This document shows, piece by piece, positions 51,590 through 63,820 of a stretch of DNA of 64,000 nt. The position numbers and the translations under genes are program-made. This stretch comes from Callorhinchus milii (lineage: Eukaryota). How positions within the stretch are numbered: position 1 is the first letter of the stretch; every line of letters begins with the position of its first letter. The DNA lies in NCBI RefSeq assembly GCF_018977255.1, contig NW_024704743.1:70186001-70250000 (forward strand), given 5' to 3'. Below the pieces are notes generated by a model. That model saw nothing but the letters and a program-made list of their open reading frames with translations. It had not been told where the DNA came from and ran no database searches.

Positions 51590-51920
51590 CCATGTTCGAT
51601 CTGTGCTGATATGTGATGATTAGCTGAACTCAACCAAGACAGCAATGAGTCCCAATAATTGACCGAATATCAGCCATGACTCATCCTTCTAATTTCTATC
51701 CAGTAAATTCTTCCTGGAAAATGCATGTATGTAGACATCGGATGAGAGCAGAATCAGGTTTTGCTGCAGTGTTCCTCTGCTTGCATACTTGGCAGCATTG
51801 ACTGTCGGGGAACATATAGTATGACGAATATCTGCTTAAATGATACAGTATCATAAAACAGTACACCAGAATGAATCAGCGCAGTGAAGCACTAAAGAGA
51901 AAATTAGAGGGCTGGGAGAA
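51590..51920 (+). repeat. Old interspersed repeat family B; inverted partner at 53650-53890
   Basis: ttcctggaaaatgcatgtatgtagacatcggatgagagc...ttttgctg aligns loosely with the reverse complement of 53810-53875 (tgctggaagatgagcaggtttggatgttgggtgaaaac...tttggctg). Confidence 0.45.
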
Positions 51921-52096
51921 ACCCACTGCAGGAAATATTGAAACTGAACATCTAACTTTGTAGATTAAGATAAATAAGTTTTTTTGTATATATGTATAAA
52001 AGAATAATTGTATCTTTAAGATAAGAGGATACACATTTAATTTGAATGATAATTTCTTTAACAGAGAGGAATTAACAGCTAGAAAGCGTTACTTAC

Positions 52097-52210
52097 CTTG
52101 CCTGTCTGTGATCCCGAGCTCTGTATGGACTCTTACTAATCATGCCATCACATGTTATACCCTCATCCATTTACCTTGGTTACAATTCTCAGGGTTATCA
52201 AAACTATCAC
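52097..52210 (-). other. Candidate exon (114 nt)
   Basis: Minus strand: consensus donor AAG|gtaagt, moderate acceptor ctcttctaatgttctgatag. Stops occur in all through-frames; an internal ATG gives MDEGITCDGMISKSPYRARDHRQA. Confidence 0.3.
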
Positions 52211-52419
52211 CTATCAGAACATTAGAAGAGCAATATTTATCTGTGGTTTGTAGAGTTATCCTTGCTGAATGTACCCTCAATGAGTTAAAAACTACTCATA
52301 CTGATTCTTCTGTGTACTAGATTTTACATGATCACGTTTCATTGCCAAATTATTTTCGGAAAACCAGATAAGTATGATGATAGAAGTTTATAGAGTAAAT
52401 AAATTTACTAAGCTTATTG

Positions 52420-52680
52420 GTGTTAGCTCATCTCAGTTGGTCGGAATTTCACCTCTGGATCAGAAGGTTTTGAGTTCAAGCTCCATGTCGGGACCATGAG
52501 CTCATGGTCTCCAATGCAATGCTCAGTAAATAAAGTCTTGTCTGCCTGTTCAAGTGGATATTAAAAGATTCCATGATACTGCTCAAAAATGGAGGGATAC
52601 TTTCCCTGGTGTTCTGACCAACAATCCTCTCATCAAAATTGGTCACTCACTTCAAGGTTGTTTGTGGGACACTGCTGCGG
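52420..52680 (+). mobile_element. Deu-SINE, deleted and lacking its tail
   Basis: Head ctcagttgg...gagttcaagctcc; gtctgcctgttcaagtggatattaaaagattccatg; ends at gggacactgctg. Confidence 0.75.
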
Positions 52681-52799
52681 TCATACTCACTGTACTGTCC
52701 CATTCAAATACAGTAAACCATATAATTTGTCACTCAATGGGAAAATGGCTCAGTGACGAATTATTAGATATGGAGTTACACATAGGTCCTCCAGCCACG

Positions 52800-53340
52800 A
52801 GGGCACTCTTAGCATGTGCACCCAACCTCCAGTGAGTGACTGCGCAGACGGTCGGCAGAGCCTGGGCGCTCAGCAGTGGTTGAGCACGTGCTCATTGCAG
52901 AGGTGTCTGGTCTATTGGATGGCCACATCATGGCCTACCATCCCACTTCCTATCCTATGACAGGAATAGGGCAAGAGGCCACACCACAGCCATCCAATAG
53001 ACCAGAGGCCTCTGTGATAGGATAGGTCGGGCCCTCTGATGGACCAGAAGCCTACACAACAGGATAGGGCAGGAGGCCATGGCATGGCTTTCCAGTCGAC
53101 CAGAGGCCTCTGCGATGCATCTGAAGAAGTGCACCCAACCTCTGCCGTGCAGTAGCACCAGTCACAGGCACTCGCTGAGGGTGGGAGCGCATGCTCAGAT
53201 GCACAGATGCCCTGTGGCCTCCTGCCCTATCCTGTGACTGGAGCAGGTGTTTGGCAGCCCTCCAATAGACCAGAGGCCTTTCCGATGCATCTGAGCACCC
53301 GCATCTACAGATAGGATGGGAGGCACCTGCAATGCAAAAC
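52800..53340. repeat. GC-rich mosaic of nested inverted and direct repeats (foldback-like)
   Basis: Perfect inverted repeats 52906-52923/52989-53006 and 53059-53079/53215-53235; four direct copies of gaccaga(g/a)gcct. Confidence 0.8.
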
Positions 53341-54641
53341 GCCATCTTATAGAATGTGTTATTTGATTAATTTTACATTGCAAGTACTTTCAAGAATTTC
53401 TAGAATGCAGCAAGTTGCGTGGTAAGCAGAGTGACAAGTAAAGCAATGTTCTCTATCAATATTTTGCATGGGAAGCGGCCGGGATATTGATGGCATGACA
53501 ACTTAAGTGATAGTAACGAGTTAAGACAGAGCTGAGTTATCTGAGGTTTACTGTAACGTTACAGAATATTTGTGAAGCCTCACCCCAACCTACCCCTACG
53601 ACTGCCTTAAAACCTATCAATACATCATTTCTCAACAGCTATTTTACTGGGGAAATTTTCCTCCTCCTCCCAAAAAATGTCACTCCTTTTTCTTTCCTGG
53701 GTTAAGATTTACCTGTACCCTATGGTCCTTCACCTAAATGGCTATTATCCGGATGTAAGCCTTGATAGTAAGTTCTAGCAGATTATCCAACTGTGGGAAA
53801 CAAATATGACAGCCAAACCCAATGAAGTTTTCACCCAACATCCAAACCTGCTCATCTTCCAGCAAGGGTCTCTGAAGCCTGTCAGCAGTATCTCACAGGG
53901 AACCGGCTACACTTTATATCAATGGCTATTTGATTTGAAAGTTATCAGAATTCAGACTGAATCAACCTGTACAGAAGAGCAATACTTTTGGATGGAAAGG
54001 GACTGCAGAACAAGAGGACAAACGTTTAGGGCTGCAAAAGGCAATTTCACGACAGAAACAGAAAATATTTATTTAGCTAGAATAATTAATGACTGGAACC
54101 AGTTACCAGGAAGTTTGGTTTAAGTGGGGTAAAATATAGAACTGCTGGCACTGTAATATGGGTGGAAGAGAGTTATGTCTGCCACTGTGAATGATCCCGG
54201 GAGATATGCAAGACCTGACACTGTTCGGCACAGTCACAACTGCTCGTGAAAGAAGTATTTTATTAATACTGATCATTCATTGTACTTTGTGTGATGACCT
54301 GAAATCTACAATGGCACAATCACAGCAGTACAGATGTAGGGCTCTGTATTGTACAGATGCGGACAAGATGATGGGCAGACATGCTTCATCTTGTTCTTCT
54401 AAACTCTCAAGGATGATGGATGATTTTAAAATAATCACACTTAACATTTCTTCATACTGTAGTTTTCTTGGGAGTTTATCCCAGAATTCATCCTTTGTAT
54501 AGAATTTATAGCCTTCTGTACACATAAACAAAATGAAAACATAATTCTGTGCAAGATCTAACAGAGTGACAGTACCACCTATTTGAACTAACATTCTATT
54601 TTCCCTACATTGAGCTGTAAATGTTATTTACCCCAATAATT

Positions 54642-54966
54642 AGAAACATAGAAACAGAGGTCGGCCATTCAGCCCCTCAAGCCTATTCCACCATTCTATA
54701 AGATCACGGCTGATCTGTACCTCGACTTGTTACCCGCCCCGTGCCCATATCCCTTAATACCCTGACCCAACAAACAGCTATCTACCCCCATCTTGAAAAT
54801 GTGAATGGATCCAGCATCCACAGCCTTTTGGGGGAGAAAGTTCCAGATTTCCACTACCCTTTGGGTGAAAAACTGCCTCATAATTTCACTCCTGAATGGC
54901 CTGGCTTTGATTTTAAGATTATAGGCCCTTGTTCTGGATTCCCCACCAGAGGAAATAGTTTCTCTG
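54642..54966 (-). mobile_element. CR1 3' end
   Basis: MRQFFTQRVVEIWNFLPQKAVDA; terminal ggctgaatggccgacctctgtttctatgtttct. Confidence 0.88.
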
Positions 54967-55397
54967 AATTACACAATCGCTCAACTGGTGCATGACGGTT
55001 ATCCAGTAATTTACTTGGATTATCTGAAGCCATTTAATAAAATTATACACATGAAAGTTTTAAAGAAAGTTATAGATAATAGAATTGACAGTAAATTAGA
55101 CATTCAGATTCAAAACCCTACATTAGTGAATAGGAAGGTGATGAGAAATGCGTAAAGGTCAGGTGGAATAATAAGAGATAGCCTGTACATTTTCATAGAG
55201 GGTTTGCTTTCAGTTCTCAGCTGTTCATACAAGAAGAAGAATTTAAAGATTTAAAATTATAATGATACCAAACTGTGGACTGGCACTGATGCAACAATAA
55301 ATTGTACTGAATAAGACTTGAACCAATTAAACAGTTACAGGTTTTAATGTACTATTTCAGTAATATATATTGGAACTTGGAACATGCCTTGGAACAC

Positions 55398-55754
55398 ACA
55401 TGAGGGGTTTTGATAGAGTTGATAAGGAGAAACTGTATCTTCTGGCGGGTGGGTCGGTAACCGGAGGACACAGATTTAAGATAATTGATGAAAGGGGAGA
55501 CAAGGGAAATGCTTTTTTTTTTAGACCAGAGAATTATTACGATCTGGAATGCGCTGCCTGAAAGGGTGGTGGAAGCAGATTTGATAGTAGCTTTCAAAAG
55601 GGAATTCTATAGGTACTTGAAAAGGAAAGATTTGCAGGGCTATGGGGTAAGAGCAGTGGAGTGGGACTAGTTGGGATAGCTCGTTCAAAGTGCCGAAACA
55701 GGCACGAAGGGCCAAATGGCCTCCTTCTGTGCTGTAAGATTCTATGATTCTATA
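55398..55754 (+). mobile_element. CR1 3' end (HER1-like)
   Basis: MRGFDRVDKEKL...TGGHRFKI and IWNALPERVVEA; ttctatgattctat terminus. Confidence 0.88.
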
Positions 55755-56399
55755 TCCGTACTGTCAATCCAGTGAAACTAGATAATAGTTCATCACAATT
55801 TGGCTAACCCACTCGACCAAGTTTGGAATTCGTTTAATTTGAATTTTTTTTCGATAAATTAAGATTCTTGGTACTTTATCACAAAATCCTAAGTTTATAA
55901 TAAGAACAATCTACGAGAAGTATGTTAAAAGCTACTGACAGGTTCAAAGTGCTTGAATGACATCGCAAACTAGGATAATGATACTTGAAGAGATTACGAT
56001 TCTTGGGACCTATAAAATATAACAGCTTTGAAAACAATCCAAAATGGCTTATTCTTGTAATAGGGTTTATCATTTTTGAGCATTCTCAGTTGCAATTTTA
56101 TTGGAGTTTGTACCTTCTGTTGCCAACAACATTCTGCAGCAATATGGGTAATAAGTGTCTCTGGGTCATGTGAGAGAAACAGCAATATTTGCAATATTAA
56201 AACTTAAGACGATCGATATAATAAGATCGGCCAACAAAATGAGAAAAGCACTCCTACTTATATTACACAAGATTGCACTATTTTGTGATCAGCATGTGAG
56301 GAGTTGGACTAGGAAATATTAAATGTTCCTTCTTCACACTCATGTTAATATCAAATATTCTCAGGATAATGAATTGTAGTACTCTCCTACATGGTTCCA

Positions 56400-56910
56400 T
56401 AATAATAATACTTGCATTTAATATAGTTCCTTTCACGTCAGAAGGATAATAATACATACTTGCATTTGATATTGCACCTTATTACGACGGCGACATGTCT
56501 CAAAGCACTTCATAAGATATACTGTAATATGGATTGACTGTGTATTTTGTAGGCAAAATGTGTCTCAAAGTGCTTCACAAGATTTACTATAAATTCCAGT
56601 AACTATGATTTTTTGTAGATAGCAACATCTCACAAATAGCTATGAAGTGAATTATCAATTGTATTTGGGGGGTATTGTTGGCCAGGACACCTGGGCAAAC
56701 TCCCATTCTCTTTCCAAATAGTGACATGGATCTTTAATGTCCACCTGAGCGGAGAGACAAGACCTCGGTTTAATGTCTCGTCCGAAGGATAGCATCTCTG
56801 ACAATGCAGCGCACTCCCAGCCTGAGTTGATCAGCCTAGAGTTTACAACTTCAAAGTCCCAAAATGTGGCTGAACCCACAACTTCTAATCCATTGAGTCA
56901 GCCTGATACA
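56400..56910 (-). mobile_element. Deu-SINE with several stacked tails
   Basis: Core gatctttaatgtccacctga...cctcggtttaatgtctcgtccgaag (plus-strand reading); tails at 56400, 56445 and 56560. Confidence 0.8.
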
Positions 56911-57767
56911 TAGTTTGAATTGAATCTTCAGAAAAGTGCACTAGTGCAATCTTCCATTTTGCAAATTTGTGATCTGTTTTTAAGGGCTATCTTACTTGGA
57001 TCACCGAACGTGCACAACATATTACTCACTTTGCACTGTGTACTTTGCACTGTGGATTCATGTCCACCTGACCAGACTATTGAAATTCATTTCACTCAAG
57101 ACTCGTAGCAGTCCACAGAGAAATGACACTTTCATCCCATCTGTCTGGGCTGGAATCAAACCCAGGTCCCAGCTGAAGGAACAGCATTTACTGTTAGATG
57201 CTATAATGTACTCAATTAAAAAACAAATTAGAGATTACCAAGATGATCGCTGGTTTCTAAATAGTGCACAACAGTGGGCCAAACGATGGAATGCATTACA
57301 ACATCAGAATTTTCAATCTCAGGAGAATGTGAACCCTTTCCATCGTCTGTGACTACCCAAACAGGGACAAACGTAAATAATAGGAAAGTGCCAGTCACAA
57401 GCTGTATTTGTTGCAGTACTGGAACCAGGTAGTTTTACCCCAGTGGGAGGGGTAAGAGGGAAGAAAAGTTGTTCAAAGAAAAAAAAACACCTGGTAAGAA
57501 AATTCATATCTGCAAATTAAATCAGTAGTTTACATTTAAATAATCGGTCCAATAATACTACTCATATATATAAACTGTACAAAGAAACAATCTGCAAAAG
57601 AAAAAAAAGTTTTCTTCACTCAAATCTCAAATGGATTGTTAATAGACATAAGCACTTTCATATTCTCTACCTCTGACATAGTATATGTTACCAATATATA
57701 AATTATTGGCAAATACAAACCTTATACATTTGTATATAGCAACATTTCACCAATAATATGTACTTAC

Positions 57768-57794
57768 CAAGAATAGGCAGGTTATTGAAATTAT
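57768..57794 (-). other. Candidate micro-exon (27 nt)
   Basis: Minus strand: acceptor ttattattgattgctccag, donor TTG|gtaagta. Confidence 0.25.
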
Positions 57795-59269
57795 CTGGAG
57801 CAATCAATAATAACAGAAGGAATGAAATTCTGTCATTTATTCTGAGAGCAGAAACATTTTGGTTGCATTAATTTACAGGAAGCAAAGAATTAACTTGTAA
57901 TCTTATAGCATCTTATGTTGAAATGTCTCAAAGCAATAATTACTGTCCAGTGCACGAACTGTTTTTATGGGCAAACAATTAAGCAAATCCAAAACAGTTA
58001 GCTGCAAAATACAATTTATATTGTTCTGCAGTATGCTTGCTTTCTGGTAAAACATATGTTTAAACTAGAAAACAAATTATCAATAGATATTTTCAAATTT
58101 CTTGCTTATATTTTATTTAAATGTATTCTGTAAAGACATTGCAGATTGGCATTAGACCATCTCGATAAGAAATTTCCCCAAAAATATTGAACTACAGTAA
58201 CCGTTACTGTAATCAATTTCGGCAATTGTAAAACTTTCAATTTCTAAATGTTCAAGAAGCAGTTATTTATTGTTTTCAAAGACAAAACCAAAAAACTTTA
58301 GCCCTGCAATTTGAAGTTTGCCCACATTAAGAAAATGCTCTTCTAGCAATACGGAGATTTGAACAAAATGAGATAAGCTGTTTTCCTGATTCATCCAATA
58401 ACCATTTTGTTTATATCAAGTATGCAGAGAACAAAGGTTGTTTATGTCACAGTATATCCCTCCAGTCAGTTCAACAAACTTACAAGTTGTATTGTGAAGC
58501 TGTTTTGTTGTTGGCGTAGCGGTGTGGCAAGGAAACATACACCAGCTCAGGTTATTATTGGGGAATTGATTAGTTACTTTACATGCAACGTAAAACAGTT
58601 TTCCAAATAAGACAGTTATTTGTGCCAATATGTTTTAAATATTTTCTGCACAAACAATATAAAGTGCCTATGATACGAAGCAGAGGACAGAACCGTGGTG
58701 TGACAGCGTCATACTGTACTAAGGCCCATCGGGTTGTTATACCACATTTGATTTGCTGTTGTGAGGGATGACACTATCAAGAAAATAACAAAATTCTGCA
58801 CTAGAATTTGACATGAAAATTGTTGGAATTCTGCAATTGGTGAGGCCTCACAGAGCCAATACAGTTGTCATGGATGTGACACATCTCACTAGTTTCAGCA
58901 GGTATTTGCTTATTTTAGTTGCATGTATATTCCTGCATAACGCTCTGGTGTATTCCTCTAAACCACAGGCCCGCGGATAAACAGCAAGTCGCACGGGAGT
59001 TTATGTTCTGCTTCTAAAATCTCAATCTCTTAAAGTTTTTTGGGGTTTGCAGAGAGGAGGGGCGATAAGTCAAGACTTTTATTATCTATAATTTGCACAA
59101 GGCTGTTGATGGGGGGTGGACCCAGTGTCAGCTAAACCTCATTCCTTCTCTGCTCTGAGCTCTGCAGCAGCTTCGGCCCCAAAACACAGACAGAACAGAG
59201 AAGAAACCTGCAAAGGAAAGTTTATTTTTCCCCACAGTCACAAGAAGTCAGAGACGTCCTTTCCTCCTC

Positions 59270-59810
59270 ATCATCCCCATCACAACCCCATTCCCAACCC
59301 CCAGCCCCCCAGACCCCCAGCCCCAGCCCCCCATCCCATCCCAGCCCATCACCGGAGCCACCCTGGGAATCTCAGCTCACCACAGAAGATAAATATTCCC
59401 AACCGCTGCGAGGCCTCCCTATGCAGGTCTGCAGAGAAGCTCACCTCGGGCCGCGCCAGGCCTCTACTCCACCCCGGTAAAAGCCTTTGCTCCCAGGCCT
59501 GACAGCGCTGAGCGCAGAGCCGGCGGCTGGAAGATGGCCCCTGTGCCCCCGACCCAGAGCCGTGTGAGTGCAGTGAGTGAGTGAGTGAGTGCTGAGGGTG
59601 TGTGTGTGTGTGGGGGGGGGTGTGGGGGTGTGGGGGAGGGGGAGGGGGGGGTTTACCTGTGTGTGTGTGTGTGTGTAACTGCCGCCCGGACTCCGCCTTC
59701 AAACAGCCCTGTGCCACTGACAGCGGGAGCCCGAGCATGCGCACTGCAGCCCCACCGCACGCCCCAGGCGGCAGGTTGGGCGGCTTCACGCCCAAGTGTG
59801 CGGGTTTTTG
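59270..59810. promoter_or_regulatory. CpG-island-like promoter
   Basis: The only non-repeat CpG-dense segment I can see. It has YY1 AAGATGGC (59531-59538), NRF1-like GCATGCGCA (59735-59743), GC boxes (ccgccc ~59682, gggcgg ~59778), (GTGA)n and (GT)n tracts, and a C-rich to G-rich skew switch near 59500-59580. Confidence 0.75.
59445..59590 (-). other. Probable non-coding first exon of a minus-strand transcript (5' end approximate)
   Basis: Donor GAG|gtgagc at 59445/59444 followed by a GGG-rich intron start on the minus strand; no ATG in the exon; YY1 GCCATCTT inside it. Confidence 0.55.
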
Positions 59811-59825
59811 CTGTACTTTGCGTGA

Positions 59826-60130
59826 AAATAATAATAATAATAATAATCCTTGTATTTGATATTATCACATCTTCGAGACGTCTCAAAGCGCTTCACAGAA
59901 TATATACTGTTAAGTGAATTGACTGTGTATTTTGTGGGCGAAACGCGGCAGCCAATTGCACACAGCAGTGTCCCACAAACAGCCGCGGATTGAGTGACCA
60001 AATTATTATTGTTTTACAAATGATTTGAAGGGACTAATACTCCCAGAAAGTGATCCATTAATTGACTAATAACCGGGTTCGTACTTACTGCTAGGTAAAC
60101 AGAGGCGTGTGGAGTAAGGAAACTTGCCTC
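59826..60130 (-). mobile_element. SINE family 2 lacking its tRNA head
   Basis: (aat)n tail at 59826; ccgggttcgtacttactgctaggtaaacagaggc middle; CpGs retained. Confidence 0.85.
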
Positions 60131-60519
60131 TTTATCGAAAACAAACACTGTGGCCGGTGGCTAATTGTTTTTCTTAAATAAATTTAAACTTCCAAAACAT
60201 TTCCTCCTCCCCTGAAAACTTTTTCTTACATAGTTTTGAAAGCGCTCACCTAAATTGGCCAATCTGCCACCCATAGACAGTAGACAATGTATAATATTGG
60301 GCTAGCGTTTGGTGAACTTTGGGCTACAATTGTATTTTAATTTCTGGCAACTCTGCTGGGAAGGGAGGGAGGAAAAGGCAAAACTGATCTAAAAACAGGA
60401 ACATCACAGAATGTCTTTTTTTTAAAAAGTTAAACATTTTAGGCAACTTACGGTGAACGCCTGTTCCTGAAACATTAACTTATTTATTACTCTCACGTGA
60501 CAATGTGACCTGATTACCG

Positions 60520-60610
60520 ACTATCCTCCTGGGATTGCGGGGAACAAGGGAAGCGCTGAGCTTAATTTCAAGGTGACTTTCTTGGCAACAGAATGTTGGG
60601 ATTGAGTAAA
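60520..60610 (+). repeat. Family A 5' fragment (copy 6)
   Basis: atcctcctggg...tgcgggg...caaggtgac...caacagaatgttgg matches the reverse complement of 47035-47130. Confidence 0.55.
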
Positions 60611-61779
60611 ATCATTGTGGTAGTTTCGGTGGTATACCTAAGGGGCAACATACAAGTCGAAAGGTCATTTTAAATTCATATTTGGCAATAGTAAGGCCAC
60701 GTCTGAATTATTATGTAAGGTTTTTATCTTTCTATTTCTGTTAGCTATGTAGTGGAGGTTCACACTTACTTTAGAGTTTAGGGAACAGAACTATGAGTAA
60801 CCAGAAACACCTTAGGACTTGTTCTCCTGAAATGAAAAGCCTGACGGAGGGACTTGATTGATATGTTTAATATTCTGAAAAATTTAGAAAATTTAGATGC
60901 AGATACATTTCTCTGCATTGTAGAAAATTTGAATCAAATACTAGATTGTGGAACAAAATACCAACATTCATGGTGAAATGATAAACTGCAAAGACAAATT
61001 CCTAGATATTGTATGTGTTGCTAATAGTTCTGACTCATAAATCTTCTTAAATTAATTCGAGGGTGTAAACTATCAATAGTGGATAAAGGTGAGTCATTGA
61101 TAACAGAAAAATGTATTTAGACTTTCGGAAGACATTTCTAGGCTCTAATTCTAGTTTTCCCAGCTATGTCATTGGTTAATGTTCACCTGTGTCATTACTG
61201 TGCTTTACCTTGTATTATTCCAGGTCTGATTTAAAGACAACGAGTCAACCAACAAGATGTTGTGCATTGTCCTCTAATCTCTTACAAGTTTTAATATAAA
61301 ATGCATTGTACTCCCACTAGGTCTATCAGATAATTAATCTCCTTGTTGCAAGTGAGTTCCACAAATATACTTGAACTTCTATACTTTCCCTTAATTTCTC
61401 CTAGGGACAAATTAGGATCAACGTTTACTTTTCCCTCCATGGCATAGCAATTATCTGTGTTCTAGTTGGAATTCTCCTGGTCAGGAAATAGTACTAAATA
61501 ATGCAGTGGTGATGTCAGGAATTCAAGTCAGGGCCAGAATGCAGTTCAGGATCTTGTGTGACTTCAGTACATTCAATTTTAAAATGTGAAAATACACAGA
61601 CCTGCTAATTAACATTTATTATGTTACAATATGACTCGTATAGTTCTAGGTATAGCTCCAGGTTTGTTTTAAATTCATTGACTTAACTAACAAGGTATTG
61701 CGTAATATCCTATAATTTCTTACATTTATAAGATTTTATATAAAATGCACTGTACTTCCACAAGCTTATCAACTGATTA

Positions 61780-62075
61780 CTTCAGAAATCCTAGACGAAA
61801 AAAGACCAAGGTCCATCTAGTTCGCCTTCCACCTTCCTGGAAGTCGCTTGCACATATGTCCCAAACTACTCATGTACTATATCCCATAATATTATTTCCT
61901 AAAAGAAAACTATCTAGTCTGTGTTTGAAAGAATCAATACTTCCTGCTGCTTCAAACATCTCCCTTGGGAACCTGTTTTACAGTTTCACTATTCACTCAC
62001 TGAAATAGTGTTTGCATAGATTCGTTCTGAATTTACCCCCCTACAATCACTGGCCATGTCCTCTGGTTGTCTCCT
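61780..62075 (-). mobile_element. Decayed CR1 3' end (further CR1 debris at 60620-60900, 53985-54120 and 50700-50850)
   Basis: accaaggtccatctagttc terminus; ggccatgtcctctggtt (TRGH on minus); tctgaatttaccccc. Confidence 0.65.
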
Positions 62076-62399
62076 AAATGTCAGTGAGTTCCACAAATAT
62101 TCTTTAATCTTAGATTTCTCTAAAGGACAAATTAGGATCTGAATTTACTGAAGCCCAAACTTTATTAGCTCAAGTACTCTGGTTTGCATTGCTCCAGCTT
62201 CCTGTATTCATTTTGCTCACCATGGCCCAATAGCCACAACCTGACCACATATTGATATATCTTCACATTAGATTACATAGCTCATTTCCTGATCTTGACA
62301 ACGAAAAAGTAAAACACAGGGATGATGAAGACCTCTCCCAACATTCATTGCAATTTGAACCAGTCCTAGGAATAGTTTATTTCACATTTCAAGTGATCA

Positions 62400-62607
62400 C
62401 AATTTACCCCTCTATCTTCCTCCATTGTTTGTCCTCCCTGCTACTCTCCGTGGGTCTGTGCTTTCCTGGTTTCGCTTTTACAGCTCCTTCCCTCCTAACT
62501 CTCCTATCTCACTCCTAGCTAGGGTTCCCACACACCCAGTTTTTGTAAAGTGTTTTGAGAAGTTCTTCCTATGTGAAAGGTATTATATATGTGCAAATTG
62601 TTGTTGA
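62400..62607 (+). mobile_element. Old L2 fragment with tail
   Basis: ctttcctggtttcgct (LSWFR), tail gtgaaaggtattatatatgtgcaaattgttgttg. Confidence 0.6.
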
Positions 62608-63674
62608 TTGCTTCAAGGAGCACAAAAGGAGCTGGAATAAATATTGAGGAACATCCAACATAAAAACTTGGATACACATCAGTTGGGAAGGGATGGATGA
62701 CTTGACATAGAGACATTGGACAGCCTAAAGGAAATTGCACATACCAGGGATGTAAAGAAACACCAGGGCCCATGGCTAAAGGAAATTGGAACCCTCATAA
62801 CCAACACAAGTGTTAAAAAGCAGCTTCAATTATTACCCATAAATTGAAAACAGAGGTTAAGTCTTTCACGAATGATGTCAAGGAATGGAGACTATAGCCC
62901 ATTCGTGTTCTCATACATAGCTTACAGAGATGCAAAACTGAGGACGTTACTTGTCATTTGTTAGATTTTGTTTACATCTTTACTAAACATAGTCATCGGT
63001 CTAAAATAATAAATCTAGATAAACCTGAGCGAATTTCAACATCCAGAAAATGGCAACTGTTTTTCACAATTTTTACAATAATCTTTCATTTGGTATACAC
63101 CTTGAGACGTTGTTGAGATGTCTGAAAGTACTTCACAAGATTCATGGTGAAGTTTAGTGACTGTGTATTTGCAGGGAAGCCATGGCAAACATCTGTAATT
63201 GCTGCTGGGATGCATTCATCATAGACCTTGCTTATTCAAAACGATAAGTGACCTACAGTGAAAGCTGTTGTTTTAATGTTAAGGCTCTTCAGCATACCAA
63301 TCCAAGGGTGTAATAAAACATTTATACTGAATAATATTTACAGTATTTGAGATCATATAAATATTGCATTTACTATTAAATTCAGATTTTAGTCTAATGG
63401 TGTTACTTACTGTAGTTTCTAAAACACATTTGAAACATTTGCTGAGTTACTGTTTATATTCAATCAATTGCAGCAATGAGTCTCTAAATGAACATCTCAT
63501 GGAATGTTTTTGATAAATGGTATGATGTTTCAATGATGCTCCGAGATGAAAACACCTACGGGGGCAGTGCACACGAGTTTTAAAAGATGGTATTCAAACT
63601 GTTTGTGAATTTGAATCATAAATGAAGCAAAATGAAAATACATTTATATAACAGATACTCTTGCTTGCTTGCTT

Positions 63675-63820
63675 GTGTCTCCAGTGCCTTGGGACGTCAT
63701 CTCGACGTGAAAGGCGCTATACAATTGTAATTTTGTTGTTTATTGTTACTTACCTAAGTGCTTGACATGCTACTCTGTGTAAGAGGCACTATATAAATGC
63801 AAGTTGTTGTTGTTATTAGT
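63675..63820 (+). mobile_element. Two tandem solo L2 tails
   Basis: cagtgccttgggacgtc...gtgaaaggcgctatacaattgt and aggcactatataaatgcaagttgttgtt. Confidence 0.75.

Noticed and set aside
52900..53300. Short repeats with spacers suggesting a CRISPR-like array
   Set aside because: Vertebrate context, irregular spacing, mixed orientation, spacers that are themselves repeated, and no cas genes.
59116..59917. Pro/His/Gly-rich ORFs across the CpG island
   Set aside because: Low-complexity translations of G/C tracts and (GT)n; not credible proteins.
61350..62150. Degenerate ~70 bp direct repeat (agtgagttccacaaatat...ggacaaattaggatc at ~61351 and ~62083)
   Set aside because: It lies in or next to CR1 debris and is most simply two remnants of the same old element.
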